A DNA stretch of 64,000 bases. Origin: an uncultured bacterium. Its GTDB lineage: Bacteria; Krumholzibacteriota; Krumholzibacteriia; JACNKJ01. Positions 39,414 to 49,759 of the stretch are shown piece by piece. Under the pieces are notes generated by a model, which saw only the letters and a list, made by a program, of their open reading frames with translations, searched no databases and was not told where the DNA came from. Both the position numbers and the translations under genes were made by a program. Position 1 is the first letter of the stretch, and the number at the start of each line of letters is the position of its first letter. The stretch covers positions 384,001 to 448,000 of the forward strand of contig CAVOFT010000001.1 of NCBI GenBank assembly GCA_963695095.1. The letters are read 5' to 3'.

Positions 39414-40825
39414 GCATGTTCGATCTGGTGATTCGCTCGGGTCGCATCGTGACGCCGGACGGCGTGGTGGTCGGCGACGTCGGCGTGGCGGGCGGCACAA
39501 TCGCCGCCATCGGGCAAGGCATCGACCCCGGCGAGAAGGAAGTGGACGCCACGGGCCGCGTCGTCTTCCCCGGCATCGTGGACGCACATGTGCACCTGGG
39601 ATTGCCGGTTCTCGACACGGTCACCGCCGACGATCTGGAGTCCGGCACGCGCGCCGCGGCCTTCGGCGGCGTGACCACGGTGATCGACTTCACCGCGCAG
39701 GAGCGCGGCGAGAGCCTGCTCGCGAGCGTCGAACGGCGGCGGGCGGGCATCGCGGGCCGCGCCTTCGTGGATGTCGGCCTGCACGCCAACTTCACCGACT
39801 TCAGCGAGGCCAATCTGGCCGAGATCCCGGCCCTGTTCGCGAGCGGTGTGCCGAGCGTCAAGATCTTCATGGCCTATGGCGAGCGCGGCATGCAGCTTGC
39901 CGATCCGGCCGTCATTCGCATCGCGGAGGCCGTGGGCAAGGCCGGCGGCCTGCTCATGGTGCATGCGGAGAACGGCGACGCGATCGACTTCCTCGTCGCG
40001 CGGGCGCGCGCCCGGGGCGAGACCGCGGCGCCCATGCACGAGAAGTGCCGCCCCGACCTGGTGGAGGCCGAGGCCATCCACCGCGTGGCCACGCTGGCGC
40101 GTCTGGCCGACTGCCCGCTCTACGTGGTGCACCTGAGCTCGGCGCTCGGGCTGGAAGCGATCCGCCGCGCGCGGGCCGAGGGCTGGAAGATCCACGCCGA
40201 GACCTGCCCGCAGTACTTGCTGCTGGACAACCGCCGCTACGTGGGCGAGGAGGGGCATCGCTACATTGCCAGCCCGCCGCTGCGCAGCCCCGCGGATCGG
40301 CAGGCGCTCACGGGCGCGGTCACCGGCGGCGAGATCGAGGTGGTGGCCACGGACCACTGCCCCTTCCGCCTCGCTGACAAGGATCGGGCGCCGGGCGATT
40401 TCAGCCGCACGCCGAACGGCCTGCCCGGCGTGGAGACGCTCTTCCCGCTGATGTTCAGCCACCTCGTCGCGCTCGGCGACGGCGGCCTCACGCCGCGCTC
40501 GAATGCCTCGCTGATCCTGCTTGCCCGCGTGCTGGCCGAGAACCCGGCGCGGCTCTTCGGTCTCGCGCCGGCCAAGGGCGCCCTGCGCGAGGGCGCCGAC
40601 GCCGACTTCTTCATCTTCGATCCCAATCCCATTCGGCATGTCCGCGCCGTGGACCTGCACGGCGCCGCCGACTGGAATCCCTTCGAGGGGATGGAGGTGC
40701 GCGGGGAGATTCGCGCGGTCTACCTGCGCGGGCAGCGCTTGCTGGAGAACGGACAGCTCTATGCCACGCCGGGCAGCGGGCGCTTCGTGGCTGGGCGGCC
40801 CGGCGCGGCAAGCAACGGCGCCTAG
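39410..40825 (+). CDS. hydA: Dihydropyrimidinase/hydantoinase (HydA/HyuA)
   Basis: PGIVDAHVH, AAAFGGVTT, KIFMAY, VHAENG, YVVHLS, ETCPQYL, SPPLR, ATDHCPF, PNGLPGVE. Confidence 0.9.
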   Translation: MSMFDLVIRSGRIVTPDGVVVGDVGVAGGTIAAIGQGIDPGEKEVDATGRVVFPGIVDAHVHLGLPVLDTVTADDLESGTRAAAFGGVTTVIDFTAQERGESLLASVERRRAGIAGRAFVDVGLHANFTDFSEANLAEIPALFASGVPSVKIFMAYGERGMQLADPAVIRIAEAVGKAGGLLMVHAENGDAIDFLVARARARGETAAPMHEKCRPDLVEAEAIHRVATLARLADCPLYVVHLSSALGLEAIRRARAEGWKIHAETCPQYLLLDNRRYVGEEGHRYIASPPLRSPADRQALTGAVTGGEIEVVATDHCPFRLADKDRAPGDFSRTPNGLPGVETLFPLMFSHLVALGDGGLTPRSNASLILLARVLAENPARLFGLAPAKGALREGADADFFIFDPNPIRHVRAVDLHGAADWNPFEGMEVRGEIRAVYLRGQRLLENGQLYATPGSGRFVAGRPGAASNGA

Positions 40826-42428
40826 CGCCGCCAGAAGCTGGGCCGCAGCACGACGAGCACGGTGAAGATCTCCAGGCGGCCGAGCAGCATGCAGAGGATG
40901 AGCACCCACTTGCCCGCCACCCGGTATCCAGGCGTAGTGCTGGGTGGCGCCGACGCCGGCCAGGCCGGGGCCGATGTTGCCGATGCAGGCGGCCACGCTG
41001 GTGACGGCCGTCACCAGGTCGGGGATGAAGAGGCTCATCAGCAGCGAGCAGACGACGAAGAGCCCCACGAAGAGCACGAAGAAGCCGACGATGTTGGCCA
41101 CCATCGGCTCCTGCAGCGGCGTTCGCCGCACCTTGAGCGGCGACACCAGCCGCGGACGCACCACCTTCTTCAGCTCGCGCCAGGACGCCTTCAGCGTCAC
41201 CAGCACGCGGATCATCTTCATGCCGCCGCCGGTGGAGCCCGCGCAGCCGCCCCAGAACATGAGCACCACGAGCATCAGGCCCAGCGCGCGCGGCCAGAGG
41301 TCGAAGTCCGCCGTGCAGAAGCCCGTCGTGGTGACGACGGACACCACCTGGAAGGCGCCGTAGCGCAAGGCGTCGCCGAGGCCGTCCACCTTGGCGCCCT
41401 CGGCCTCGAGGTGGGCGGCGAAGGCCGCGCTCTCGCGGGGCGCCACCTGGTAGCTGCGGGCCGCGCGCTCCGCGTCGGGCAGACCCGCGACGAAGAGCAT
41501 GGTCGTGGTGGCGAGCACGGCCAGCCCCACGGTGCCCAGGTAGAAGTGGAACTCGCGGTTCTCGCGCAGGGCGCGCCAGTCGCGGTGGAAGAGCACGCGG
41601 TAGTGAAGGACGAAGTTCGTCCCCGCCAGGAACATGAAGAGCGTGATCACCCAGTCGATGTAGGCGCTGTCGAAGGCGCCGATGGAGGCATTGCGCGTGG
41701 AGAAGCCGCCGGTCGCCATGGTGGCGAAGGCATGGCAGAGCGCGTCGAGCAGGTTCATGCCGCCGAGCATGAGCAGGCCGGCCTCCACGGCCCGTGAGCA
41801 GGGCGTAGACGCCCCAGAGGATGGCCGCCGTCTCGCGCAGGCGGGGGCGCAGGCGGTCGGCGCTGGGGCCGGGCACCTCGCCGCGGAACATCTGGTAGCC
41901 GCCCACGCCCATGGCCGGGAAGATCGCCAGCGCCAGCGTGATGATGCCCATGCCGCCCAGCCAGTGCGTGAGCGCGCGCCAGAAGAGCAGGCCGCGCGGC
42001 AGGGCCTCGATGTCGGTGAGGATGGTGGCGCCAGTGGTGGTGAAGCCGCTCATCACCTCGAAGTAGGCGTCCGTGAAAGCGGTCAGGAAGGCCATGGGTC
42101 CGAACTCGCGGCCTTGCTCGAGGAACCAGACCAGGAAGGGGATGGCGCCCACCAGGGCCAGGCTCACCCAGCCCAGCGTGACGATGGCGAAGCCCTCGCG
42201 CACGCCCTGCTCGTAGCGATGGCGGCGGTTCAGCCGCTCCAGCGCCGTGCCGAGGATGAGCGAGAAAACGATGGCGGCGGCGAAGGCCAGGCTCTCGGCG
42301 CTTTCGAGGGCCACGCCGCCGGGGAGCGCGAGGTCGTCCCAGATGGAGATGCCCAGGGGCACGAGCAGGATGGCGGCCAGGATCTGCAGGAGCCGGCCGA
42401 TGGCGTAAAGAACCGCGCCGCGCCTCAC
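40822..42428 (-). CDS. trkH: Trk potassium uptake membrane protein; frameshifts near 41790 and 40915
   Basis: FEVMSGFTTTGAT, WLGGMG, ATGGFS, TTTGF, GGCAGSTGGGMK, GNIGPG, MLLGRLEI; GTG 42428 overlaps the trkA stop. Confidence 0.88.
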
Positions 42429-43792
42429 CGGCGCTCCTTGAAGAGCCCCTGAATCGTGCCGACGTGCTTGGGTTTGACGATCACCACGGCCTCGTCGCCG
42501 GCCTGGATGACGGAGCCGCCCTGGGGAATGCTCGCCTTGCCGTCGCGATAGATGGCCCCGACGATGGCCTGTCGCTTGTAGGGCGCCCACACCTTGTAGA
42601 GCGGGCCGGCCGTGACCTTGCTGCCCGCGCCGGCGCGGATCTCCACCGACTCCAGGTCGAGGTTGCGCAGGTGGAGTTCCACCGACATGCGGCCGCGGGC
42701 GATGACGTCCATGATCTCCTGGGCGATGGCGCGCCGTGGGCTGATCACGTGGTTCACGCCGATCTCGCGGAAGAGGCGGTTGCTGGTGGGCTCGAGCGAG
42801 ATGGCGGCCACCTCCGCGCAGCCCTCCGAGCGGGCCAGCAGCGCGCCCATCACGTTGCGCGTGGTGTCGTTGCCGACGCCGGCGAAGAAGTCGGCGCGGC
42901 TGGCCGAGACCTCGCGCAGCACCTCGCGCTCGGTGGGGTCGCCGTGGATGACGTCGATGCCGTCCAGCCGCTTGGCGGCGCGCATGGCGTGATCGGGGTT
43001 CCAGTCTATCAGGGTGACCATCTCCACCCAGCTCGCCAGCTCCTCGCAGAGCTGGATGGCCGTGAGGCCGTCACCCGCGACGATGGCCCGCTTCACGCGC
43101 CGCTCCTCGAGACCGAGCAGCTCGAGGTAGCGATCCAGCGAATCGCGGGTGAAGGTGGTGGTGATGTCGTCGCCCTCGGCGATCACGTCGTCGCCGGCGG
43201 GGATCCAGGTCTTGCCCTCGGCCTCGCGGCGGAGGGAGACGGCGAGAAAGCGGTGGCTGCCGGTGAGGGCGGCGATCTCCATCAGCCGCTTGCCGATGAT
43301 CGGCATGCCCTCGCGCATGACGTGGCGGGCGAGGAGGATCTCGCCGTCGTGGTAGCTGAAGACCTCCACGGCGCCGGGGATGTGGGCGATCTGCGCGATC
43401 ACGCGCACCATGACGTGCTCGGGATCGATGACCCGCGTGACGCCCAGGGCCTCCAGATCGACGCGGCTGCCCTTGGCGCGGAACTCGCCGCTGCTGCGGA
43501 TGCGCGCCATGCGCGTGGGCACGCCGTACTGGGCGGCCAGGCTGCAGGCGAGGATGTTGGCCTCGTCCACGGAGCTGACGGCGAGCAGCATCTGGGCGTC
43601 GGCGATGCCGGCCTGCTCGAGCGAGCGCGGGCTGGCGCCGCTGCCCTCGACGACGAGGATGTCCAGCTTCTCGGCCAGCTCGGCGCAGCGCACGGCGTTC
43701 GGCTCCACCAGCGCCACGTCGTGCCCGGAGCGCTGCAGGTGCACCGCCAGCTCCGTGCCCACCGTGCCGCCGCCCACGATGACGATCTGCAC
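42425..43792 (-). CDS. trkA: Trk potassium uptake regulatory subunit
   Basis: IVIVGGGTVG; two RCK N/C repeats; DEANILAC; adjacent to trkH. Confidence 0.92.
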   Translation of the reverse strand: MQIVIVGGGTVGTELAVHLQRSGHDVALVEPNAVRCAELAEKLDILVVEGSGASPRSLEQAGIADAQMLLAVSSVDEANILACSLAAQYGVPTRMARIRSSGEFRAKGSRVDLEALGVTRVIDPEHVMVRVIAQIAHIPGAVEVFSYHDGEILLARHVMREGMPIIGKRLMEIAALTGSHRFLAVSLRREAEGKTWIPAGDDVIAEGDDITTTFTRDSLDRYLELLGLEERRVKRAIVAGDGLTAIQLCEELASWVEMVTLIDWNPDHAMRAAKRLDGIDVIHGDPTEREVLREVSASRADFFAGVGNDTTRNVMGALLARSEGCAEVAAISLEPTSNRLFREIGVNHVISPRRAIAQEIMDVIARGRMSVELHLRNLDLESVEIRAGAGSKVTAGPLYKVWAPYKRQAIVGAIYRDGKASIPQGGSVIQAGDEAVVIVKPKHVGTIQGLFKERR

Positions 43793-43976
43793 CTGCCCTC
43801 CTTCGTCGATCCTGGCAGGGTAGCAAAATCGCGCAATCGTTGGGTAGGCTTGATTCCCCCTGCGAGATTCCCTGCTGACTGGCCGCGAAATCGGCTCCTC
43901 TCGGGGCCGATCAAGGGCCGCCCAACCCCGCCAGAGAGGAGTGTCCGTGCCCGCCGCACGCTATCTCGTCGATAAG

Positions 43977-44152
43977 GGCCTGCGGGTCTGGCTGAGCGGG
44001 CCGGGTACTTCGGCGCCATCGCCAAGCTGAGCGGCAAGGGCGCCCAGTTCAGGAGCCGGCCGATCGAGGACCCCGGAGGCCGGCAGGCGCTGCTCGCCGA
44101 TCCGTCGGGCAATCTCATCGAGCTCTTCGAACCCGCGCGCGAAATCGAATGA
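43977..44152 (+). pseudogene. Decayed VOC/glyoxalase gene fragment
   Basis: GLRVWLSGPGTSA, then a frame change to AIAKLSGKGAQFRSRPIEDPGGRQALLADPSGNLIELFEP*; no start; central part missing. Confidence 0.6.
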
Positions 44153-44333
44153 GTGCGTAAGCCGCTGCGCGGTTTGCCGAGCGCCCGCTCCAAGCCCGCC
44201 CCCTGAAAAGCCGTCCGCAGGGAAACCCGGCTCTCCTGTCTTGATACCGAGTTAGCCCTCCCCTATACTCGGCGGCGGCCCGGCGACGGGCCCCGATCCA
44301 GGTTGGCCGGGGATACCGGCGAGGGAGGCAGCG

Positions 44334-44510
44334 ATGTCGGCGCAGGAAATCGGGACGGTCAAGTCCGGGAAGGGAAAAACCTATCAAGTCAAGTGGGACA
44401 GCGCCTCCGGTGAGGTCTATGTGTCCTACGCGGGCTGGTCGGGTTGCGGGAAGGCGTCGTCGGCGGGCGATGCCATGCGGCGAGCCGAGGCCTACGTCTA
44501 CAACAAGTAA
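44334..44510 (+). CDS. 58-aa hypothetical protein (below the ORF track cutoff)
   Basis: GGGAGG RBS, then MSAQEIGTVKSGKGKTYQVKWDSASGEVYVSYAGWSGCGKASSAGDAMRRAEAYVYNK*. Confidence 0.7.
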   Translation: MSAQEIGTVKSGKGKTYQVKWDSASGEVYVSYAGWSGCGKASSAGDAMRRAEAYVYNK

Positions 44511-44566
44511 CCTGCCCTCACGATATCTCTGAGCAGGCTCATCCACAGACAGCGGGAGATGCGGTG

Positions 44567-44983
44567 ATGGCCAATGGCCTGGTGACGCCCGAGACCGTTT
44601 CCAAGGACATGCTGAAGGCGATGTTCGATGCGGCCTTCATGGAGGCTTCCTTCGACGAAGTTGGCGACCTCATGATCGTCGACGGAGGGGTCCAGTCCTT
44701 TGTCTTCATCAGCCCGGATTCCAGAGGCATCAAGGTGATGGCCTTGTTCGAGGCGACACCGACCGCGCAGCGAGTCGATCTGCTCGAGTTCGCGAACCAC
44801 ATCAACGAAGTGTACCCGATCGTTCGCACCACCCTCTCGCCCGATAGCCGCGCCATCAGCTTCGAGCACTTCATCTGCCTGCCCGGCGGAGTTCCACAAA
44901 TGACCATCGTGCAGGCGGCGAGACTTTTCGTCAGGGTCACGCGCGATGCCGTCAGCAAGCACGGCAAGGCGCTGATCGCCTAG
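44567..44983 (+). CDS. YbjN/type III chaperone-like fold protein
   Basis: 138 aa; DEVGDLMI, LLEFANHIN...R, ICLPGGV pattern resembles YbjN-like proteins. Confidence 0.6.
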   Translation: MANGLVTPETVSKDMLKAMFDAAFMEASFDEVGDLMIVDGGVQSFVFISPDSRGIKVMALFEATPTAQRVDLLEFANHINEVYPIVRTTLSPDSRAISFEHFICLPGGVPQMTIVQAARLFVRVTRDAVSKHGKALIA

Positions 44984-45045
44984 AGCAGAGCTACGTTCAC
45001 CGGGTGTTCCGCAGTTGGGATTCTCACTGGCAGGGGAGGTCTGAG

Positions 45046-45378
45046 ATGGCGCATGGAGAGTTCCGTTTCAAGGGCAAGGGGCTGAGTTACTTCTGGCTGG
45101 GCCTCTGGACCAGCGTGCTGACCGCGGTGACCCTGGGTTTGTTCTGGCCCTGGGCGAGCACGGCGCAGACGCGCTGGATGGCTGAACACACCGCGATCGA
45201 CGGCAAGCAGCTCACCTTCAAGGGATCGGGCGCCGGCTTCTTCGGAACCTGGCTGCTCGTGGCCTTCCTGTCGATCATCACCTTGGGGCTCTACATGCCC
45301 TGGGGGTTTTGCCGCATCTTGCGCTGGCAGGTGAACAACCTCTACTTCGCCGACGCAGGCGACGTCGAGCATTCCTAG
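45046..45378 (+). CDS. DUF898 (YjgN-like) short membrane protein
   Basis: FRFKGKG...LTAVTLGLFWPWA...TAIDGKQLTFKGSG...IITLGLYMPW; GGGAGG RBS. Confidence 0.8.
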   Translation: MAHGEFRFKGKGLSYFWLGLWTSVLTAVTLGLFWPWASTAQTRWMAEHTAIDGKQLTFKGSGAGFFGTWLLVAFLSIITLGLYMPWGFCRILRWQVNNLYFADAGDVEHS

Positions 45379-45479
45379 CCGCCGGGCGGGGGGCGATTCG
45401 CGCGAGGCGCCGCCCGCGTTCTCTTGAGCATCCCGCTGCAGAATCCGCTAGAGTGCTAGGCTCGCCTCGGAGGTCAGCC

Positions 45480-47633
45480 ATGCGCCTTAGCGCCATTCTG
45501 TTCACCATGCTAAGCCTCGTCGGCGCTGGGCGGGCCGTGGCCCTGCCACCTGCCTTCCCGGCCGGCGCCGAGGTCGACACGCTCTTCGGCGTCGTCGTGC
45601 CCGATCCCTATCGCCGCCTCGAGCACGGCGACGACCCGGCCGTCGCGAGCTGGATCGCGGCCCAGGAGGCGGAGACCCAGGCCGTGCTCGCGGCGATCCC
45701 GGGGTGCGATGCGCTGGCGGCGCGAATCGCCGAGCTGCGGGCCGGCGGCTCGGGCATCCTGCAGGCCATCGAGACGCCGGCGGGGCTCCTGCTCGTCCGG
45801 GAGCGCGCGCAGGGAATGCTGCTCACCGTTCGGGACCCGGACGGAAGCGGCTGGGCGCCCGCCGAGCGCGTCCTCTTCGCCGCCGCCGCCCATGCTCCCG
45901 GCGAGTCGCCGGCACTCCTCGCCAATGTGCCCGCGCCCGATGGCCGCCACGTCGCCATCGGCCGCACGCGCCAGGGCGATGCCGATCCCGAGATCCTCGT
46001 CGTCGAGACCGCCACGGGGCAGCTGCTTCCCGATCGCGTGGGGGACATCCTGCTCACGAGCGGCGGCAGCATCCGGCCGACCTGGCATCCCGACGGCTCC
46101 GGCTTCTTCTATCCGCGCGCCGAGCCGGGCGCGACGGCGGGCGAGCGCTTCTTCCGCGGCCGGATCTGCTTCCACCGGCTGGGCAGCGACCCCGCCCAGG
46201 ACGAGCCCGTCTTCGGCTTCGGGCTCTCCGCGGCCGTGCCGATGGCGCCGGCCGACACGCCGAGTCGCGCGATCACGGCGCCCGGTTCGCGCTGGCTCGT
46301 CGCCTACGTTTGGGAGGCGGCCTCCTTCGCCATCTCCATCTACGCGACGCCCCTGGACAGCCTTCGCGGCGCGGCCACGCCCTGGCGCGGCATCGGCGTG
46401 GCCGCCGACCAGCTGGACAGGCTGGTCCTCGTGGGCGATGTCGCCTACGCGCTCAGTGCCCGCGAGGCGCCGCGCGGCCGCCTCGTGCGCCGGCATCTCA
46501 GTGATCCGGCCGGCGCCTGGGAGACGGCCCTCCCCGAGCGCCCCGGCGTGCTCGTGGACCTGCGCGCGGCCGCGGACGCGCTCTACCTGAGCGAGCGCAT
46601 CGGCGGGGCCATGCGCCTGCATCGGCTGCCCTACGGCGCCGAGGCGGCGACCCCCATCGACCTGCCCCTCACCGGCACGCTCTCCCTGCACGCGCGGGCC
46701 GACGCGCCGGGTGTGCGGGTCACGATCGAGTCCTGGCTCGTGCCCCCGCAGAGCTTCCGCTACGAACCGGCGAGCGGCGTCCGGCGCTGCGCCGGCATCG
46801 AGCCGCCCGTCACCACGGACTTCGCGGGCGTCGTGGCCGAGCGCAGCGCGGCCCCCGCGCGGGATGGGGCCGCGATTCCCGTCTCGATCGTACGCTCGCG
46901 GACAATCGCGCTGGACGGCCGCGCGCCGCTCCTGCTCGAGGGGTACGGCACCAGCGGCGTGGCCGTCGATCCCGCCTTCCAGCCCGAGTTGCTCGCCTGG
47001 GTCGAGAGCGGCGGGATCTACGCCTTCGCGCACGTGCGCGGCGGCGGCGAGCTGGGCGATGCCTGGCACGAGGCCGCGCGGCGCGAGCGCCGGCCGGTCG
47101 CGACCGCCGACTTCATCGATGTCGCTGAGCACCTCATCGCCGAGGGCTACACCGGGCGCGGGCGCATCGCGCTGATGGGCATCAGCGGCGGCGGGCTGCT
47201 CGTCGGCAACGCCATCGTCGACCGGCCGGAGCTCTTCGGGGCGGCGATCCACGATGTCAGCCCCGCCGACCTGGTCGGCATGGCTCGCCAGCCGACCGGC
47301 GCCCGCAATCTGAGCGAGTACGGCTGGGACGAAACCGCCGCGGGCCTGCGCGCGGTGCTGGCTGCCTCGCCCTACCATCGCGTGCGCGACGGCCTCGCCT
47401 ACCCGGCGGTGCTCGTGCACAGCGGCGCGGAGGATTACAACTTCGGACCCGGTCAGGGCGCCAAGTTCGTGGCCCGACTCCAGGCCGCGAAACGCGGCCA
47501 GCTGCCCGTGCTCCTGGACCTCGAGCGCGAAGGCGGCCACGATGCCTATCTCTTCGGCCCGCCGGCGGGGCTCGCGCGCGCCTTCGCCTTTGCTTTCTGG
47601 CAGCTCGGGCACCCGGACTTCCAGCCGCGCTGA
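45480..47633 (+). CDS. Prolyl oligopeptidase (S9A), exported
   Basis: Signal peptide; VPDPYRRLE, HVRGGGELG..WH, GISGGG nucleophile, GGH catalytic His. Confidence 0.88.
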   Translation: MRLSAILFTMLSLVGAGRAVALPPAFPAGAEVDTLFGVVVPDPYRRLEHGDDPAVASWIAAQEAETQAVLAAIPGCDALAARIAELRAGGSGILQAIETPAGLLLVRERAQGMLLTVRDPDGSGWAPAERVLFAAAAHAPGESPALLANVPAPDGRHVAIGRTRQGDADPEILVVETATGQLLPDRVGDILLTSGGSIRPTWHPDGSGFFYPRAEPGATAGERFFRGRICFHRLGSDPAQDEPVFGFGLSAAVPMAPADTPSRAITAPGSRWLVAYVWEAASFAISIYATPLDSLRGAATPWRGIGVAADQLDRLVLVGDVAYALSAREAPRGRLVRRHLSDPAGAWETALPERPGVLVDLRAAADALYLSERIGGAMRLHRLPYGAEAATPIDLPLTGTLSLHARADAPGVRVTIESWLVPPQSFRYEPASGVRRCAGIEPPVTTDFAGVVAERSAAPARDGAAIPVSIVRSRTIALDGRAPLLLEGYGTSGVAVDPAFQPELLAWVESGGIYAFAHVRGGGELGDAWHEAARRERRPVATADFIDVAEHLIAEGYTGRGRIALMGISGGGLLVGNAIVDRPELFGAAIHDVSPADLVGMARQPTGARNLSEYGWDETAAGLRAVLAASPYHRVRDGLAYPAVLVHSGAEDYNFGPGQGAKFVARLQAAKRGQLPVLLDLEREGGHDAYLFGPPAGLARAFAFAFWQLGHPDFQPR

Positions 47634-47711
47634 GCCCGCTGCCGCCTCGGGCAGAGTTCCTTCTGCTGACGCACAAAGGCAGGGATGCCGAGCGAGGTGA
47701 GCGGCACTGGC

Positions 47712-47763
47712 CGAGGCGGAGTGTACACGTGTACAAAGCGAGGCGGAGTGTACACGTGTACAA
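47712..47763. repeat. Tandem 25 bp repeat (period 27), each copy with the perfect palindrome TGTACACGTGTACA; operator-like
   Basis: CGAGGCGGAGTGTACACGTGTACAA at 47712-47736 and 47739-47763. Confidence 0.85.
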
Positions 47764-47940
47764 GACGAGCCGCCCTACCAGGTGGTGATCTACCGCCGTG
47801 AAGAGCGTGCCGGCCTCCGTCTGCCCGACGGCCGCCGCTCGCCCCCTGAGGGCGTGCGGGGCTCGCCTTGCTGCCCCGCATTTTCCCCTGTATCCCGCCG
47901 CCAAATCGGCTACCCTGGGGGCCCAGCCAGGAGGTCGACG

Positions 47941-48462
47941 ATGCGCCGTGGCGCCCTACTGATCGCAGCACTCGCACTCATGCTCGGCGGCTGTCGCGAA
48001 AGCGCACAGGACCGCGAACAGCCGGCCGCCGCGCCCGAGCCCGAGCCTCCGGCCGCCGCGGCGCTCAGCGACGAGGCCACGCAGGCCCTCGCCAAGCTCA
48101 CCGCGGGCGAAGGTGCCGGCAAGCAGGTGATCAGCAGCGCCAGCGGCCTCCACGCCCTCGACCTCGCCGTGGGTGACGGCGTCATGCCCCTGCGCGGGCA
48201 GACCTGCGTCACCAACGCCACGCTCTGGCTGCTGGACGGCAGCAAGGTCTGGAGTTCGCTGGACGGCGGCGAGCCCTTCGAGTTCGTGCTCGGCGGCGGC
48301 CAGGTGATCAAGGGCTGGGACGAGGGCGTGGCCGGCATGAGCCCGGGCGGCAAGCGCCGCCTCGCCGTGCCGCCGGAGCTGGGTTACGGCGCCGCGGGTC
48401 GGCCGCCGGTGCCGCCGAACGCCTGGCTCATCTTCGAGATCGACCTGCTGGCGGTGAAGTAG
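47941..48462 (+). CDS. FKBP-type peptidyl-prolyl isomerase, lipoprotein
   Basis: Lipobox LGGC; PFEFVLGGGQVIKGWDEGVAGM..GGKRRL.VPPELGYG, PPNAWLIFEIDLL. Confidence 0.92.
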   Translation: MRRGALLIAALALMLGGCRESAQDREQPAAAPEPEPPAAAALSDEATQALAKLTAGEGAGKQVISSASGLHALDLAVGDGVMPLRGQTCVTNATLWLLDGSKVWSSLDGGEPFEFVLGGGQVIKGWDEGVAGMSPGGKRRLAVPPELGYGAAGRPPVPPNAWLIFEIDLLAVK

Positions 48463-48465
48463 CGC

Positions 48466-49308
48466 ATGAGCGCCCTCCACACCGTGCGCGACGCGCGGGG
48501 CCAAGGCCTCCCGGCCGGCGGCTACGCGCGCGTCGTCTCGCTGGTGCCCAGCATCACGGAAACGCTCATCGAATTGGGCCTGGGCGAGCGCCTCGTCGGC
48601 CGCACGCGCTTCTGCGTGCACCCGGCCGCCGCGGTGGAGGCGCTGCCCACCGTGGGCGGCACGAAGACGCCGGATCTGGACGCCATCCGCGACTTGACGC
48701 CCGATCTCGTGCTCGCCTGCCGTGAAGAGAATCGCCGCGAGGACGTCGAGGCCCTCGAGGACGCCGGCATCGCCGTGCACCTCATCGACCCGCGCACGCT
48801 GGACGACGTGCGCGAGGCCCTCACCGGCCTGGCCGCGCTGCTCGAGGCGCGCCCGCAGGTGGAGGCCCTGCTGCTCGAGCTCGCCGCCGCCCGCGCCCGC
48901 GCCGCCGCCTTCGCTCGCACACTCGCGGAAGCGCGGGGCGGGGCGCCCAGCGCCCTCTGCTTCATCTGGCGCCAGCCCTGGATGCTGGCGGGACAGGACT
49001 GCTACATCAACGGCGTGATGAACGCGCTCGGCCTCGCCAACCGCGCGCCGGAGACGGGCCGCTACCCGGCCCTGGCCCCCGAGGCGCTGGCCGCCCTGCG
49101 CCCGGCCCTGCTGCTGTTGCCGGACGAGCCCTACGCCTTCAGCGCCCAGCACGCTTCCGAGCTGTTCGCCCTCGGCGTTGCGCGCGAGCCCGCCGACTGC
49201 CTTCTTGTCGAAGGCGAGCTGCTGAGCTGGTACGGCAGCCGCAGCCCGCGCGCCCTCGACACCCTCGGCCGGCAACTGGCCGCCCACTTCGGCCTCGCCG
49301 CGCCCTGA
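48466..49308 (+). CDS. Helical-backbone metal receptor (BtuF-like) protein
   Basis: [62 protein letters not shown]. Confidence 0.85.
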   Translation: MSALHTVRDARGQGLPAGGYARVVSLVPSITETLIELGLGERLVGRTRFCVHPAAAVEALPTVGGTKTPDLDAIRDLTPDLVLACREENRREDVEALEDAGIAVHLIDPRTLDDVREALTGLAALLEARPQVEALLLELAAARARAAAFARTLAEARGGAPSALCFIWRQPWMLAGQDCYINGVMNALGLANRAPETGRYPALAPEALAALRPALLLLPDEPYAFSAQHASELFALGVAREPADCLLVEGELLSWYGSRSPRALDTLGRQLAAHFGLAAP

Positions 49309-49331
49309 ACCCGCCGCCCCGGAGGCAGGCC

Positions 49332-49757
49332 ATGCCCGATCGCCCGCTCGTCAGCATCACCCGTGTCCTCACCTTCGCGGCCGCGCATCGGCTCTACAAC
49401 CCCGACTGGCCCGACGCGAAGAACTGGGAAGTCTTCGGCCACTGCAACAACTTCTACGGCCATGGCCACGACTACGACGTGCACGTGACCCTGCGCGGGC
49501 CGGCGGATCCCGAGACGGGCATGATCATCAACCTGAATCAGGTGGACCAGGTCGCGCGCCGCGAGATCATCGAGCCCTGCGACCACAAGCACCTCAACCA
49601 CGACGTGGACTTCCTGCGCGGGCTGAACCCGACCACCGAGAACCTCGCCGTGGCCTTCTGGCAGCGCCTGGCCCCGCACTTCGGCGGCCTGCTCTTCGAG
49701 GTGCGCGTGCAGGAGAACCCCCGCAACTGGTGCGTCTACCGCGGCGAGAAGGAGTAG
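49332..49757 (+). CDS. queD: 6-pyruvoyl/6-carboxy-tetrahydropterin synthase
   Basis: [37 protein letters not shown]. Confidence 0.85.
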   Translation: MPDRPLVSITRVLTFAAAHRLYNPDWPDAKNWEVFGHCNNFYGHGHDYDVHVTLRGPADPETGMIINLNQVDQVARREIIEPCDHKHLNHDVDFLRGLNPTTENLAVAFWQRLAPHFGGLLFEVRVQENPRNWCVYRGEKE

Positions 49758-49759
49758 CC

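Noticed and set aside
30245..40825. Selenocysteine (in-frame UGA) recoding in the selenium-linked genes
   Set aside because: These ORFs read through without internal TGA; this system uses a labile selenium cofactor rather than Sec.
47712..47763. CRISPR array
   Set aside because: Two copies with a 2 nt gap; no spacer.
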